DNA of 64,000 bases from Carcharhinus amblyrhynchos (Eukaryota): positions 33,728,001 to 33,792,000 of the forward strand of contig OZ336872.1 in assembly GCA_965287045.1 (NCBI GenBank). The letters run 5' to 3'. A program made the translations under genes and the position numbers. Of the stretch, positions 24,651 through 36,620 are shown one piece after another. The notes below the pieces were generated by a model. That model made no database searches, was not told where the DNA came from, and was given only the letters and a program-made list of their open reading frames with translations. How positions within the stretch are numbered: position 1 is the stretch's first letter; the number at the start of each line of letters is the position of its first letter.

Positions 24651-27600
24651 AAGACTTCCCACTGACGGCCCTTCTCATCTCCCCCCTTCCCTATCTCTTC
24701 CCCCCCTTCCAGCCGCTTGTCTTTCTTTCATGTTCATTCTCCAAGTCATGCTATAATCGCTAATATACCCAAGTCAGGAAAAAGTCTGTCAGCACCTGCC
24801 ACTCAACTTCCTGGACACTTCTGCAATTTGAAACATATATGGAAAGCTTTGAACATGTATCGAATCATGGCTGCAGCGCGATGAAATCAACCACCAATTA
24901 TTCTGTAAATAATTAATCAACTCTTTAACCCTATAAAAAGCACTGGTGAACATGTGTTCAGTTGATCAAAGTTAAGAGGCAGTCAGCTGGGATACTGAGC
25001 TCCAAAAAGCCACCATTGCTGTCAAATCAGCATTACAAGCTGATTGATGTCATGATCTGGCTACTTTGCATGCTTCCAATGGATATTCATTGTGTGAGTG
25101 CTAATGCTGTTACCAATTTGGCACCCAGCGAGATTTGTCCCACAAGTGTGTGTGCATGCTGTTGATTAAATTTTGGAGCTCTGAAGACAGTCATAGCACC
25201 CAAACAACGGCTGCTAATGAGTCTCATCCAGTGAGTCTATTCGAGTAGTATCACACAAGCAAGGCAAGTCTCTACCAGTTGCTTGAAAAATGCAGATGGC
25301 ATATATGACATTGGGCCAAATTTGCTGTCAAAATAGCAGTAAAGTTAATGGCACTAGTGGTTATTCATATGTAAATTGTACAGCAAATTCAGCCAAGGAA
25401 CAGATGTACAGTTAAATGCCAATATCTAAAAGTCACTCTGATTTGAACTGCTCCATCATAGCTTTGCAAAAAACAGCATTTTGTTGTCTGCCTCACCAGT
25501 GGTCATGAGATGGCTGTATTTGCATGATGGATACAGACTAAACCCACTGCAGATACTTAGGGCTAATAATCAGTGCTGACTACTACCAACCTCGCCAGCA
25601 CTGAAAACAGTGTGGAGTCACAATCTTTCAGGATTTGAATTTTAAGGGATGTCAGATTTTAAATAAAACACTTTTTGCTTTGTCCCCCCCCCTCAATCCA
25701 GAATGTCTCCCTATATTTATTTTTCTGTATCCGATTTGACCTTGAATTCACAGCTTTTAATTGATCCACCTCAGCCCTTCTGCTAATTATTTCTCAATCT
25801 TTCAATCTCATTGGTTGCCCTTTTCTGTCCGGTCTCTTGATGCCCTGTTTTCTTTGCTGTGTCTTTATCAGCACTTTCAGCAACTTTGCGGGCAAAATAT
25901 TTTTGAGCTGAAGAGTGCAACAAAAACTCGAATTACTAGCAGAAGTTGTTCGATGTCCTGCTGCAGAAAATTCTGTTCCAACAACTGTAATAATTCCATC
26001 AACCTTCCTCAAAGTACCTTGTGTATCTTTGTGCTTTGCAACTTGCTATCTCCCTTCTCACTAGATCCTTGCCTGATCAAATTTTCTGCCTGTCCTTTAA
26101 ATTCCAGACTTGCTTCACCCTGTATTTGTGGTTGAGCACACTCCAGTAATGCAGAAGTCTATTAGTCTGCTTGATATTTTTGTAGTGTGTTAAAGCATGA
26201 ATATAGGTGAAATCTGTATTACCACTCAGTATAGTTGGGCCAGTCCAATTCAAAATGTCCTGCACAAGTAATTTGATTTTTTTATATCAATAGGTTAAGA
26301 AGACTGGTATTTACATTGCGTCTCTCAACCTCAGGATGTTCCAAATTGCTTTGCAGTCAATTAAATATCGTCATAGCCACTGTTAAATAAAATAAAGTGT
26401 AGCCATTGTTGCAAAGTGGTAACTCTTTGTTTATAGTATCATGGAGTATAAAGTCTCTTATTTTTAATTTTGCTGAATTCTTATATTGATTTGATATAAT
26501 AAAGAATTCAAAGTCAGATATTTTTGCTGCAAAAATATCAATTTCTTTTGGCTCAAAACATAATCAGCAAGAAGAGATAAAGTAGAATATATCTAATTAC
26601 ACAATAATACATTTCCATCCCATTTTCTGTGGGAATAATGAAATAATTAGAAAATTAGCAATTAAATTTACTTCGACTAATTAACTGCGAGCACACTCTC
26701 AAGGATGCTTGAATAATTGTTATGGAATTGCTATAACTGGTGGTTGGCTATATCAGCTAGTAGTCAAGTCCGCAATCATGAATAGACTTGCCATTGTGCC
26801 AGAACACTTGTCATCATCTTCTACCTTCTGACAACTTGTACAACCATTAACAATCTTCCATTCACAGTACCATAATCCCAGTTTTCGTTTACTATGTAGG
26901 CATGTCCCTCGTGAAGACGTTATTTAAATCAAAGGTAACATTTCTTTGAAAGAAGTCCAAAGTTTTCGAGGCCTTCCTGGCTTTGGAATCTTCTGGTCCT
27001 GCCAATGGCGACCCCTTGCCGTGGGCTGTCCAACAGCGGAGGGTGCAAGCCATTGACATTAGCTTAACTGGAAGATCCCACTTCTGGCCAAACGTGGTCT
27101 GCTTCCACTGCCACAAAACACGCTACGCTGGGGGAGGAGGGGATTACGCCACCCAAGGTTTTTATGAAATGAGCACTAATGTTTGACAAAAGTACATTGA
27201 AGATTTTAAAAATCAGCTAAATGTGTAGAATAAATCATAAGATTGCTTGTATAAAATTAAATGCGACGTAAGTTGCACAATGGAACAAATTTTATTATTT
27301 GGTGTTGTAGAAGTATTTATGTCATGAGGCAAAAGAGGAAGGAACAATTTATGCTTTGGGGTTATAGGCCTTTTTATTTGAACAACTTAAATTCTTATTT
27401 CAGTGATTCTGTAGCATAGCACACCAAAGAATTGATTTATTACAACAAAGCTGTCGGATGTATGTTCTGTCCTCAGACTTCTCCCTTAGTTAGTTCTTGA
27501 TGTCAGTTGAAGAAGTGAGAAATTCTGAATGGTTACTTGACTGAAGAAGGCAGAAACATAGGTTAATCTACCCTTCATTGGTCTCAATGATTCCAAGTAG

Positions 27601-27965
27601 CCTAGAGGGATAACAAAGATAAATGCAAGGTGTTACTCTAAGTGCAAGACGTTACATGTTGAAAGAAGTAAAATGGAAGACATACTTGCTCAGTTGAGAT
27701 ATTGAAATACCTTGAGGAAATGCTGAAAGAAGACTGGACTCAGCACTTACCATATGACTATGATCTTTAATGTCTGCTTAGTTGTATTTATTCTTCATAG
27801 TACTGTTAGTAACCTCATTGATAGCAAAATTACCAGTTCGACAATATTTTGTGGCCCCTTTTGGCAAGAATTTTAAATCACAATGCTGAATGGCACTGAT
27901 CTTGGTCTCTGCTGGTGTTGGAGGTTAAACACTGCAAGAAAAATAAAAATCGCAACTGAAAGTAT

Positions 27966-28341
27966 AAAGAACAAACAAAGAACAGTACAGCACAGGAACA
28001 GACCCTTCAGTCTCCAAGCCTGCGCCAATCATGATACCTGCCTAAGCTAAAACTGTATGTACTTAGTGTCCGTATCCTTCCATTCCCACCATATTCATGC
28101 ATTTGTCTAGATGCTCCTTAAATGCCGCTATCGTACCTGCACCTACCACCTATGTGAGCAATGCATTCCAGACATTCACCACCCTCTGTATAAAAAGGTT
28201 TGCCTCACACATCTCCTCTAAACTTTTCCCCACGCACCTTAAACCTGGCACTTCTCTTTTCCATCCTAGGAAAGAGCATCTGACTGTCCATTCTCCCCAT
28301 GCCACTCATAATCTTGTAAACCTCTATCAGGTTGCCCCTCA
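27966..28341 (-). mobile_element. CR1 3' end
   Basis: aaagaacagtacagcacaggaacag tail and ORF2 C-terminal remnant. Confidence 0.8.
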
Positions 28342-29058
28342 AGTAATTGTATCTGTACCAATTGGAATGAGGCCCAGGAAAGAGAGCACCCTTTTCAGTA
28401 TGCTAGAAGTGTTTGTTGTTAGCAAAGAGACCACTGAATTTAATAAATTGTGGGCTAAGGTCCCACTTCAGAGACTCCGCTGAATTTTCAATGCAGTGAC
28501 ATAGATCAATTCTGGGTTCCAACTCCGAGCCCGAAATGGGTTGATATTGTGACGCTGTTTTAAAATTTAAATGGCCTAATTGGTCAGGAGATAAGCTTGG
28601 CAGCCAATTAGAAGTGTTGAGTGCTTCCAGATGGTGGGAGCTGCCTGCCTGATGCTAGTGACAAAGGCAGATGGCAACCATGATGCGGGCTGCCACTGCT
28701 TGTTGATTAGAGCAGGCAATTCATCAGAAGACCAGGAGTTAGAAAGTGAAAGCAAGTTGCCATTGAAACAAGCTTAAGGTATGCACTGGAAAAATACATT
28801 TCAAATGTGCGTTGCTTCCACAATTACAGTGAGTACAATTCAAATAGTACTAAATTAGTGCAAAGCAATTTCAGATATCCTGAGTTCATGAAAATGGCAA
28901 GATAAATGTATATTCTTTAGCAGCCTGTGCATCGGAGTATGTATTCTGAGGAACTGATTATGCAAAAGATCCATTGTGACCCAGATTGGATATTTGGTCA
29001 ATGTTTTGAGTCCCATATGCCTTCTTCAGGGTCATTTTGGACTCGAAATATTAACTCT

Positions 29059-30090
29059 GGGCAGAACTATCCCGAAGAAAAGTTAAGGGCACAATCTTAC
29101 CAGCCATTCACGCCCCGTTGCTGCTGCAGTGAGGACAGAGAATTTGGTGTCTAGTCAAATCTCCATTTACTGCAATGGGACCAGAAAATCCCACTGGCGT
29201 GAACAGTAGTCAAATTCTGCCCTAAGTGTCATAACGTTGAGAATACCGGTCTGGCAGGCACACTCCAGACTGCAATCATCCCACACTCAGTTATTTTTTG
29301 GGAGAGCAATGAATTGTGTGCATGTTTCTGGGGGGTTGGGGCCAAAACACAAATGATAAGCCTGGCTGCAAAGTGCTCGGGTGCCTTTTCAGAAGGGCAT
29401 CCTGACCTCCTAGTGCACTGGGAGACGTCTTCTCTCCACGTACATCCGGAACCCCTCCCTCATCAGCAGCATGTTTCCTCACCCCTGTCCCAACATGGAT
29501 CACTGGCATGGGCTATTCCACTTTACTCCCAATGGATTCTCTTCATGACCCCCAACATGTCCCCGCATGCTCCACTCTGCATGAGCCCCCCTGCACAATC
29601 TCCCCTACACAGCTCCCATCATAGTCCCCACTCAGGCCCTGCTCTCACTCAGGTCCCATCCCCTTCGGATTTCCCCCAGCACATTGACATTGCCAAACTG
29701 GCACTGCTAGGGTACCCTGTGGACACTGCCAGAGTGCCTGGTGGGCACTGCCCGATGGGCACTGCTCAGCCATGTTCTCGACTACCCAGGAGCTTCAATG
29801 GTCTCTGAGCCTTCCTTCATGACCATCGTGCCTGGTCTCTACGAGTGGAGACCAGAAGTGGTTCTTGCCTGTCTCGCATAGCACTTGAAGGTCAGAAGCT
29901 AGGAGAATCCTGCGTCAATTGGGTTTTGCATTTCTAAATGCAACTTTAAATATGTTGATTGGGTTTGTGCCAATAAAAAAGGACCAGGGCAATTATAAAT
30001 TGTATGTCACCAGGTGCAGAACTGATTTTTAGGTCTGCTTACTATTTTCTGGAATCCACTCTAGGCACAGCGAAGTCGTAAAATTTCCCC
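29059..30090. mobile_element. Non-autonomous TIR element containing nested MITE 29087-29222
   Basis: Inner element TAA|gggcacaatctt...aaattctgccc|TAA (TAA TSD, a PIF/Harbinger signature). The outer element splits a Penelope-type repeat (29000-29058 / 30091-30190). Confidence 0.65.
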
Positions 30091-31480
30091 TTCTGTTTTT
30101 ATCTCCAAAGGCGATGCCAGATCAGCTGAGGTTTTGCAGCACGCTGTTTTTATTTCAGATCCCCAGGATCCACAGTAATTTGCTTTCTATTTATTGGATA
30201 TCTGATCATTGGCTAATTAAATGAATCAAATTAATGTACCAAACTGAAGGCTCAATGCTTTGACCCAGTTGCCAAGTTTGGATTCCATTCCTGAGAGGTG
30301 GAAGCCTACGAAAAAAAGGACACCTCAATGGTTGAATTCATACATGTGAAAATTCCACTTTTTGGACACTGCGGCTGTTCTTGAATTCCTTACAGGAAGA
30401 AATACGGGCTGAAATTCAACTGAAGTTTATTTATTAGTTGCAAGGAGGCTTACATTAACACTGCAATGAAGTTATTGTGAAAGTGGTGTCTCTGAGAGCA
30501 CTAATAAGCCACCATTTAGAAGATATTATACAATCCTTCATCTGAAGGGTGATAAAACCCCTCCAGTGATGTCCAGCTGACAGTCTGTTCATTAGACGTG
30601 ATTAACTTCTATCTTACTGAGGCAATATTTGGTTTTATGTCTTCAAATAAAACATTCTATGCAGCATTTTCCCACAGAGGATTTTTACGATAACTTTGCT
30701 GCAGTGTTAATGTAAGCCTATTAGTGACACTAATAAATGTACATAAACATTTTAAATCTATGCAAAAAATATGGGGCTTGCCAATCAATAGCTTGCATTT
30801 TCTTCAGCATATATCCAGGGAAACAGGCAAAAAAATCCCCATGTCGAACTTGTTTGAAGGTTCTTTTGACTAAAGCTATACTTGGCTGGCATTTAAGACA
30901 TACACATCCTGCCATTTTTTTTGCTGGTTAGGGATTTGGGAAGTGGAGCTAAGGAAGGAACAATATGATGTGGCCTGGGAAATCATCCACAAATTATGAC
31001 AATTGAAATAGAATTGATAGATACGTAGAATATAAACATGTTGAAAGCTGAGAATTTAAGCATGAAGACATATAAGCAGGTATCCGAGAAATCTGCACTG
31101 TATTGTCTGACATAACTCCAAGGCAAGTGGTACTTGAGTGGAGAGGTAAGTTACTTATCCCTTGGATATTAAGATTGTTTTGTGGAGCTATAGTTGTCAC
31201 ATGGGCTTTTATTTTTAATTCATACATTGCATGTGTGTTAGTTCGGCCAGCATTTATTGCCCAAACCTAATTGCCCTTAAGAAGGTGCTGGTTAAGCCAG
31301 TTGGTGGAATTCTCTGGCCGTTCATGCCAGTGAGGTTCTCTGGTCCCACTGCAGAACATCAAATTCTCCGCTGGCAGAGGCGGCAGGATGTGAATGGCGG
31401 GAGAATTCTGGCCATTGTGTGATAGAGAGAGGGTTCCAAGATTTTGACTCACCGACAGTGAAAGAATGGCAGAAATATAT

Positions 31481-32420
31481 GGGGTGATTCTGCCATCGCG
31501 ACCCTCAACTTTTCCGGCGGCTCAGGTGAGATATGCGCATTGTTGGCCTTGTTTCCAGTGGGAACGCATGCACATCTTCCAGAGCTGGAGGACAGTCGGA
31601 GTCCAGGCCACCCTGGAAACTGACAGGAAGATAAGTAAGTCATTTGAATCTTTCTTTAATATATTTATCAGTATTTAATGTCATTATCAGGAACTTGCTG
31701 GTCCCGATTGAATCTCCTCCCATCCTGCCAGAAGTACTTCATTCCGGTGGGATTTAGAGTAGCTTCCCATGTTCGGGGAGCTAATGGGAGACCCCCATTG
31801 AAGGGGGGGGGCAAACGGGAGTCCCCCAGGGGTTGGGCAGTGGGAGGGTGGTGCCCCTGGGCATGGGCACCCTAGCACTGCCTAATGGGCAAAATGCCCA
31901 TGCCCAATGGGCACCTTGGCACTACCCATCTGCCACTCTGCATGGCGATTGGTCTGGGATGGAGGGAGGGCAGCGATTGGTGCTAGCTTGGTGGGGGAGG
32001 TGGGGTTTGTCTACCAAGGGGGGATGTTTGAACCGGGGGGAGGGGGTGTGGGGGTCTGCTGGGGTGAGAGGGGGTGGAGAGAATCGCCATTGCTGCGGTG
32101 GAGGGGGGGGGAGTGGGCTGGACATCAGGGCGTTCTGGGATGAGATCAGGGCTAGCCCAGGAGTTGTCATGAAACTGCGATCGAGCTGGCCAGCAAACAG
32201 GGAGACTGTCAGATTGGGGCCACTGTGCATGTGCAGAGTTCCAGAACTTTCAGATTCTGGTGCGAATAGGCCATGCCCCCCTGGATTTTTAATGAGTTTC
32301 ACGCTTGGGACCTCTGCAGTGCACAGAATGGGGAGATTCAAGTGTGAAGTTGCACTGAGAAAACAATCATAATCTAAAACAGTTCTCCCACCAATTCAGC
32401 ACTTTTGGGAGAATCGCCCC
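31481..32420. mobile_element. Non-autonomous GC-rich TIR element
   Basis: GGGGTGATTCT ... AGAATCGCCCC termini. Together with a small hairpin MITE (31303-31413) it interrupts a minus-strand LINE. Confidence 0.65.
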
Positions 32421-32427
32421 TCCATAG

Positions 32428-33050
32428 TTCCAAGTCAGGGTGGTGTGTGATTTTGAGGGGAACTCACAGTTGGTGTTGATCATTTGCATCTGCTGATTGA
32501 AGATGGTAAAGGCTGTTGGCTTGGAAGGTAAAAGAATCCTTGGCTACTAGTTGAAGTGCACTTTCTGGGTAGTACAGGTTGCTGCCACTGTATACCTATG
32601 ATGGAATGAATGTTTAAACTGGTTGATCGGGTCCAAATAAATGTGCTGCTTTGTGCTGGATGGTGTTGAGATTCCTTTGAGTGTTGCTGGAGCTGCAGTC
32701 ATCCAGGCAAGTGGGAAGTATTCCACCACACTCTTGACTTGTGTCTTGTAGATGGTGGACAGGCTTTGAAAGTTACAAGATGAGTTACTCATTTCAGAAT
32801 TGCAGCCTCTGACCTGCTCTTGTAGCCACAATATTTATATGGCTGGTCCAGTTCAGTGTTGGCTGAGTGGTAACCCCTTAGATGCTGATGGTAGGCGATT
32901 CAGTGATATTAATGCCGTTGACTGTCAAGGGGAGTTGGTTACAATTGCTGTTGTTGGAGATGGTCATTGCCTAGCACTTGTGTTGCATGAATAAGTTGCC
33001 ACTTTTCAGCACTAGCTTGTATGCGATCCAGTTCTTTTTTGCATGCAGGC
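32428..33050 (-). mobile_element. Same LINE family; 3' tip at 31240-31297 separated by DNA-element insertions
   Basis: ORF 32547..32831 STIYKTQVKSVVEYFPLAWM. Colinear with 3765-4380. Confidence 0.8.
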
Positions 33051-33574
33051 AAAAACTGTTTCGATATTGAAAGAAGGCAAATTAAATGAGAATGAAAGCA
33101 TGTAATTAAAAAATTTCCTAAATCAGCAAAGTAGGAATTGCTCAAAACCCACAGGATCATCATTTTTAAAAATCTTTATTTAACTCCTGAGATTTCACAG
33201 AAGTTAGACAGGGAAAACAAAATGACTATCAAGTCATTTTCACCTACAATACGGCATCAAAGATGGTATCTTACATGAAAGAAATAGAGAAAGGGAGGCT
33301 ATGACGGCCTATGACTCAAATTCCCATTGCTGTCAATGGAAAACGTCATGCTTGAGAGGTTGATGGATGCCGTAATCAAAGGATCTTTCAGATATAGAGC
33401 GGTTGGGAATAAAGATTACATCAAAAAGCAAAGTCTGTGAGAATTGAGAGCAGTTGAAATTTACAACGATAAAGCTGCTTGCAGCTAGATAGCAGAAGTT
33501 ACAGAATTTCCAGAAAATTAGACAAATTCAGATATCCGTAATCTGTTACATTTCAATATAACTAAGCTAAAAAA

Positions 33575-33896
33575 GACAGTAGGACTAGGGGGCACAGCCT
33601 CAAGATAAAGGGGAGGCGGTTTAGAACGGAGTTGAGGAGGAACTTCTTCACTCAAAGGGTGGTGAATCTCTGGAATTCTCTGCCCGTTGAAGTGGTGGAG
33701 GCTGCCTCGCTAAATATTTTTAAGAAGCGGGTTGATGGGTTTTTGATAAGAGAAGGGATTGAGGGTTATGGGGAGAGGGCGGGAAAGTGGAACTGAGCCA
33801 TGACAGATCAGCCATGATCTTATTGAATGGCGGGGCAGGCTCGAAGGGCTAGATGGCCTACTCCTGCTCCTATTTCTTATGTTCTTATGTTCTTAT
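33575..33896 (+). mobile_element. CR1 3' end (young)
   Basis: RTRGHSLKIKGRRFRTELRRNFFTQRVVNLWNSLP, CpG-rich, (TTCTTATG)n tail. Confidence 0.9.
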
Positions 33897-34659
33897 TCTG
33901 ACAACAAGAAGCAAAATTTTCCTCACTAAAAATAATAAATTCTGCAAGAAACAGTCTCAGTCCTTCCTGCAGATTTGTATATTGTGCTTGAATGTGATAA
34001 TTTATTAGTGTTAGTCGTATTTTAGTTGTATTTCTAAATTCATTTACATTTTTAATTTGTAGATAGTTCATATTTTTTTAAAAAACTTCAGAACTACGAA
34101 ACCTCATTCTCAGGCACTATCCTGTGGGCTGTCATACTGTGTAACAGAATCAGATTTCATCTATTCATTATAATTGAAGGTTTCTTGCGTTCATTTCCAT
34201 TTCTGTTTTCAATTTCTTTAAAAAATATTGTTATCTGAGTTGCATTAATAGATGATGCATTTTAAGAAATCTTGCAGGAATCAATCAAAATGTAGTCAAG
34301 ACTATGATGTATTGCCATTCCCCATTGTCATAACTGGCAATTCTTGAGCAGATACTTATCTAAATTAAATTGAGAGCTGGAAAAATATATCATACGAGAA
34401 GATGTGGCAGAAGGAACACTATCCTGTTAACTTTTGATTATTTACCCTGGGAGAAATTTGATGAATTGATTTGGATGGAGTAACCATTGATCCTGAATGT
34501 TCTATTATGTATCCATGTGAAAAACATTGCAATTCTTGCATTCTTATTGTACATTCTGTTTTACTTGGGGTAAAATTTTCAGACTCCTGTGGACTAAACA
34601 AAATGTTGTTGTTCCAACACAAATAATTTAACAAAGAAAAATGGAAGAAAGGTTTTCTC

Positions 34660-36620
34660 TTCTGGGATGTTGCAGGTTTGTTAGGTATCCAAGGATATTG
34701 AGGAAAGGAAGCATTAAAATTGCAGAAGCACTGGCCATAAGTTTTCAATCCTCCTTGGATATGTAAGTGATGTCAAAGGACTGGGGAGTTGCGAAATGTT
34801 ATAGGCTTGTTTAAACCCAGCAACTACAGTTAGTGTAACATCAGTGGTAGGAAGAAACACTTCTGGAAACATAAATTTGAGACGACGTTCATGGTCACTT
34901 GACAAATGTGTGTTCATTAAGGAAAGACTGCATGGTTTAGCTAAGGGCAAATTGTACTTACCTAAGGTGCTTGAGTTTTTTGGTAAGGTAACAGCGAAGG
35001 TTTGGTGAGGGTAATGCGGTTGAGATGTGATGTGCTTGGATTTCCAAAGAACAGTTTTACATAACAAACTTGCCAACAATACCCGAGCCCATGGAATAAA
35101 AGGGACAGCAACAACATACGTTTGAAATTGGCCAAGTGACAGAAAACAGAGAACATTGATGAACAGTTGTTTTTCAGAATGGAGGGAAATATCGTGGGGC
35201 TCCCCAGGGTTTGGTGTGAGGCCACCTATATTTCTTCATCTATATTAGTGATCCACACTTGAGTGTGCAGGGCACAATTTAAAACATCATGGATGACACA
35301 ACATTTAAAAGTATTGCAAGCTATGAGGAAAATAGTGATTAAACCTCAAGAGGACTTAAGACAAGTTTGTAGAATGGATGAACATGTGTCAGATGAAATT
35401 CAAAGCAAACACTAATCAAGTGATTCATTTCATTGTAAGAGAAAGAAGCGTAATATATGGTAAAGGACACAATTCTAAAGGGGGTGCAAGAGCAGAGAGA
35501 CTATGGGGTATATGCATACAAATCATTGAAAGTAGCAGGAAAATGAGAAAGTAGCCAATAAAACCATACAATATCCTAGGTTTTAATAAGTAAGGGCATA
35601 GAGTACTAAAACAAGGACATTATGAGAAACCTGTAGAAAACACTGGGTTGGTCTCAACTAGAGTATTGTGTCCACTTTGGACACCACATTTTAAGAAAGA
35701 TATGAAGGCATTAGAGAGGTTACAGAACATTTTCATAAGAATGGTTCCAGGGATGATGATGATATGTGGAATTGTCAAATTTTTAGCTAAAACGTACAGA
35801 TCTTTGGCATCATTCCATTAGTAGAAATTCTGACTCAGTATGGTAATGAAACCATATTTGGTGAATGCAGCTGTCTCTGTTTAAAGGCAGGTAATGGCTC
35901 ACTATTGAATTAAAAGTATGAAAGAGCATCAGGTTTTATTCAACCTACCGAACCTGAATAGCTTTTGGTGAAACCCAAGGCAAAGTCCATGTTGTTTTGA
36001 AGGTTACTCCATACTGAAAAAATCTTTTTCTTATTCTCAGTATCAAATAGCTTATGTGCAGCATACAAATGGGAGCATGGCATCTGCTTGGCACACCAGC
36101 TGACGGCAGGTCCCCTTTACAGCTGTTAGCAGCAGACAGTGTATGTTTAAAGATGTGATACAGCCAAAACAATGTCAGCATTGAATCCAGAATTGGCATT
36201 TCAGATTAATAACATCAGGTGTAAAATATTTCACAAATATATGCAATTATAAAGCTAAGGCAGTTCTCCTTGGCAAAGAGAAGATTAAAAGGAGATTTGA
36301 TACAGGTGTTCCAGATTGTGTGGGGCTTGGGCAGATTAGGGAGAAACTGTTCCGTTGGCAAAAGAATGAAGAACCAGAGGACATTGATTTAAGATGATTG
36401 GCAAAGGCAGCATGGAGAAAAATGTTTTATGCACTCTTGAGAATGTGGTGTGAAGATAGATTCAATCAGAACCTTTAGAAGAGAGTTTGATAATTATCAG
36501 TAGAGAAAAGAATTTGCAGGGCTATGGGGATAAGCTGGGTGAGGAGACCAGGTGACTTGCTCTTGTAGAAAGCGAGCACTGATTTGCTGGGATGAATGGC
36601 CTCTGATGCTGTAATAACTC
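34660..36620 (+). mobile_element. Old CR1 ORF2 remnant interrupted at 35771-36250; further CR1 3' ends at 36700-36950 and 37363-37820
   Basis: HGLAKGKLYL, DVMCLDFQR, QLEYCVHFWTPHFKKD motifs. The CR1 resumes after the insert at ..gttctccttggcaaagagaag. Confidence 0.8.
35771..36250. repeat. Inverted duplicate of 37271-38175 (right copy interrupted by CR1 37363-37820)
   Basis: For example ctgtttaaaggcaggt (35877) vs acctgcctttaaacag (38057), and aaaatatttcacaaatata (36223) vs tatatttgtgaaatatttt (37271). Confidence 0.9.

Noticed and set aside
29000-29058. Second hammerhead pair (back-to-back) in a Penelope-type repeat
   Set aside because: Cores are mutated or deleted: GAAA to AAAA on the minus strand, and CUGANGA missing on the plus strand. 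Similar decay at ~2750 and ~17800.
31833-32372. Gly/Pro-rich ORFs (also 294-617, 21753-22121, 29314-29808)
   Set aside because: They arise from G/C-skewed low-complexity or non-autonomous element interiors, with no protein-family signal.
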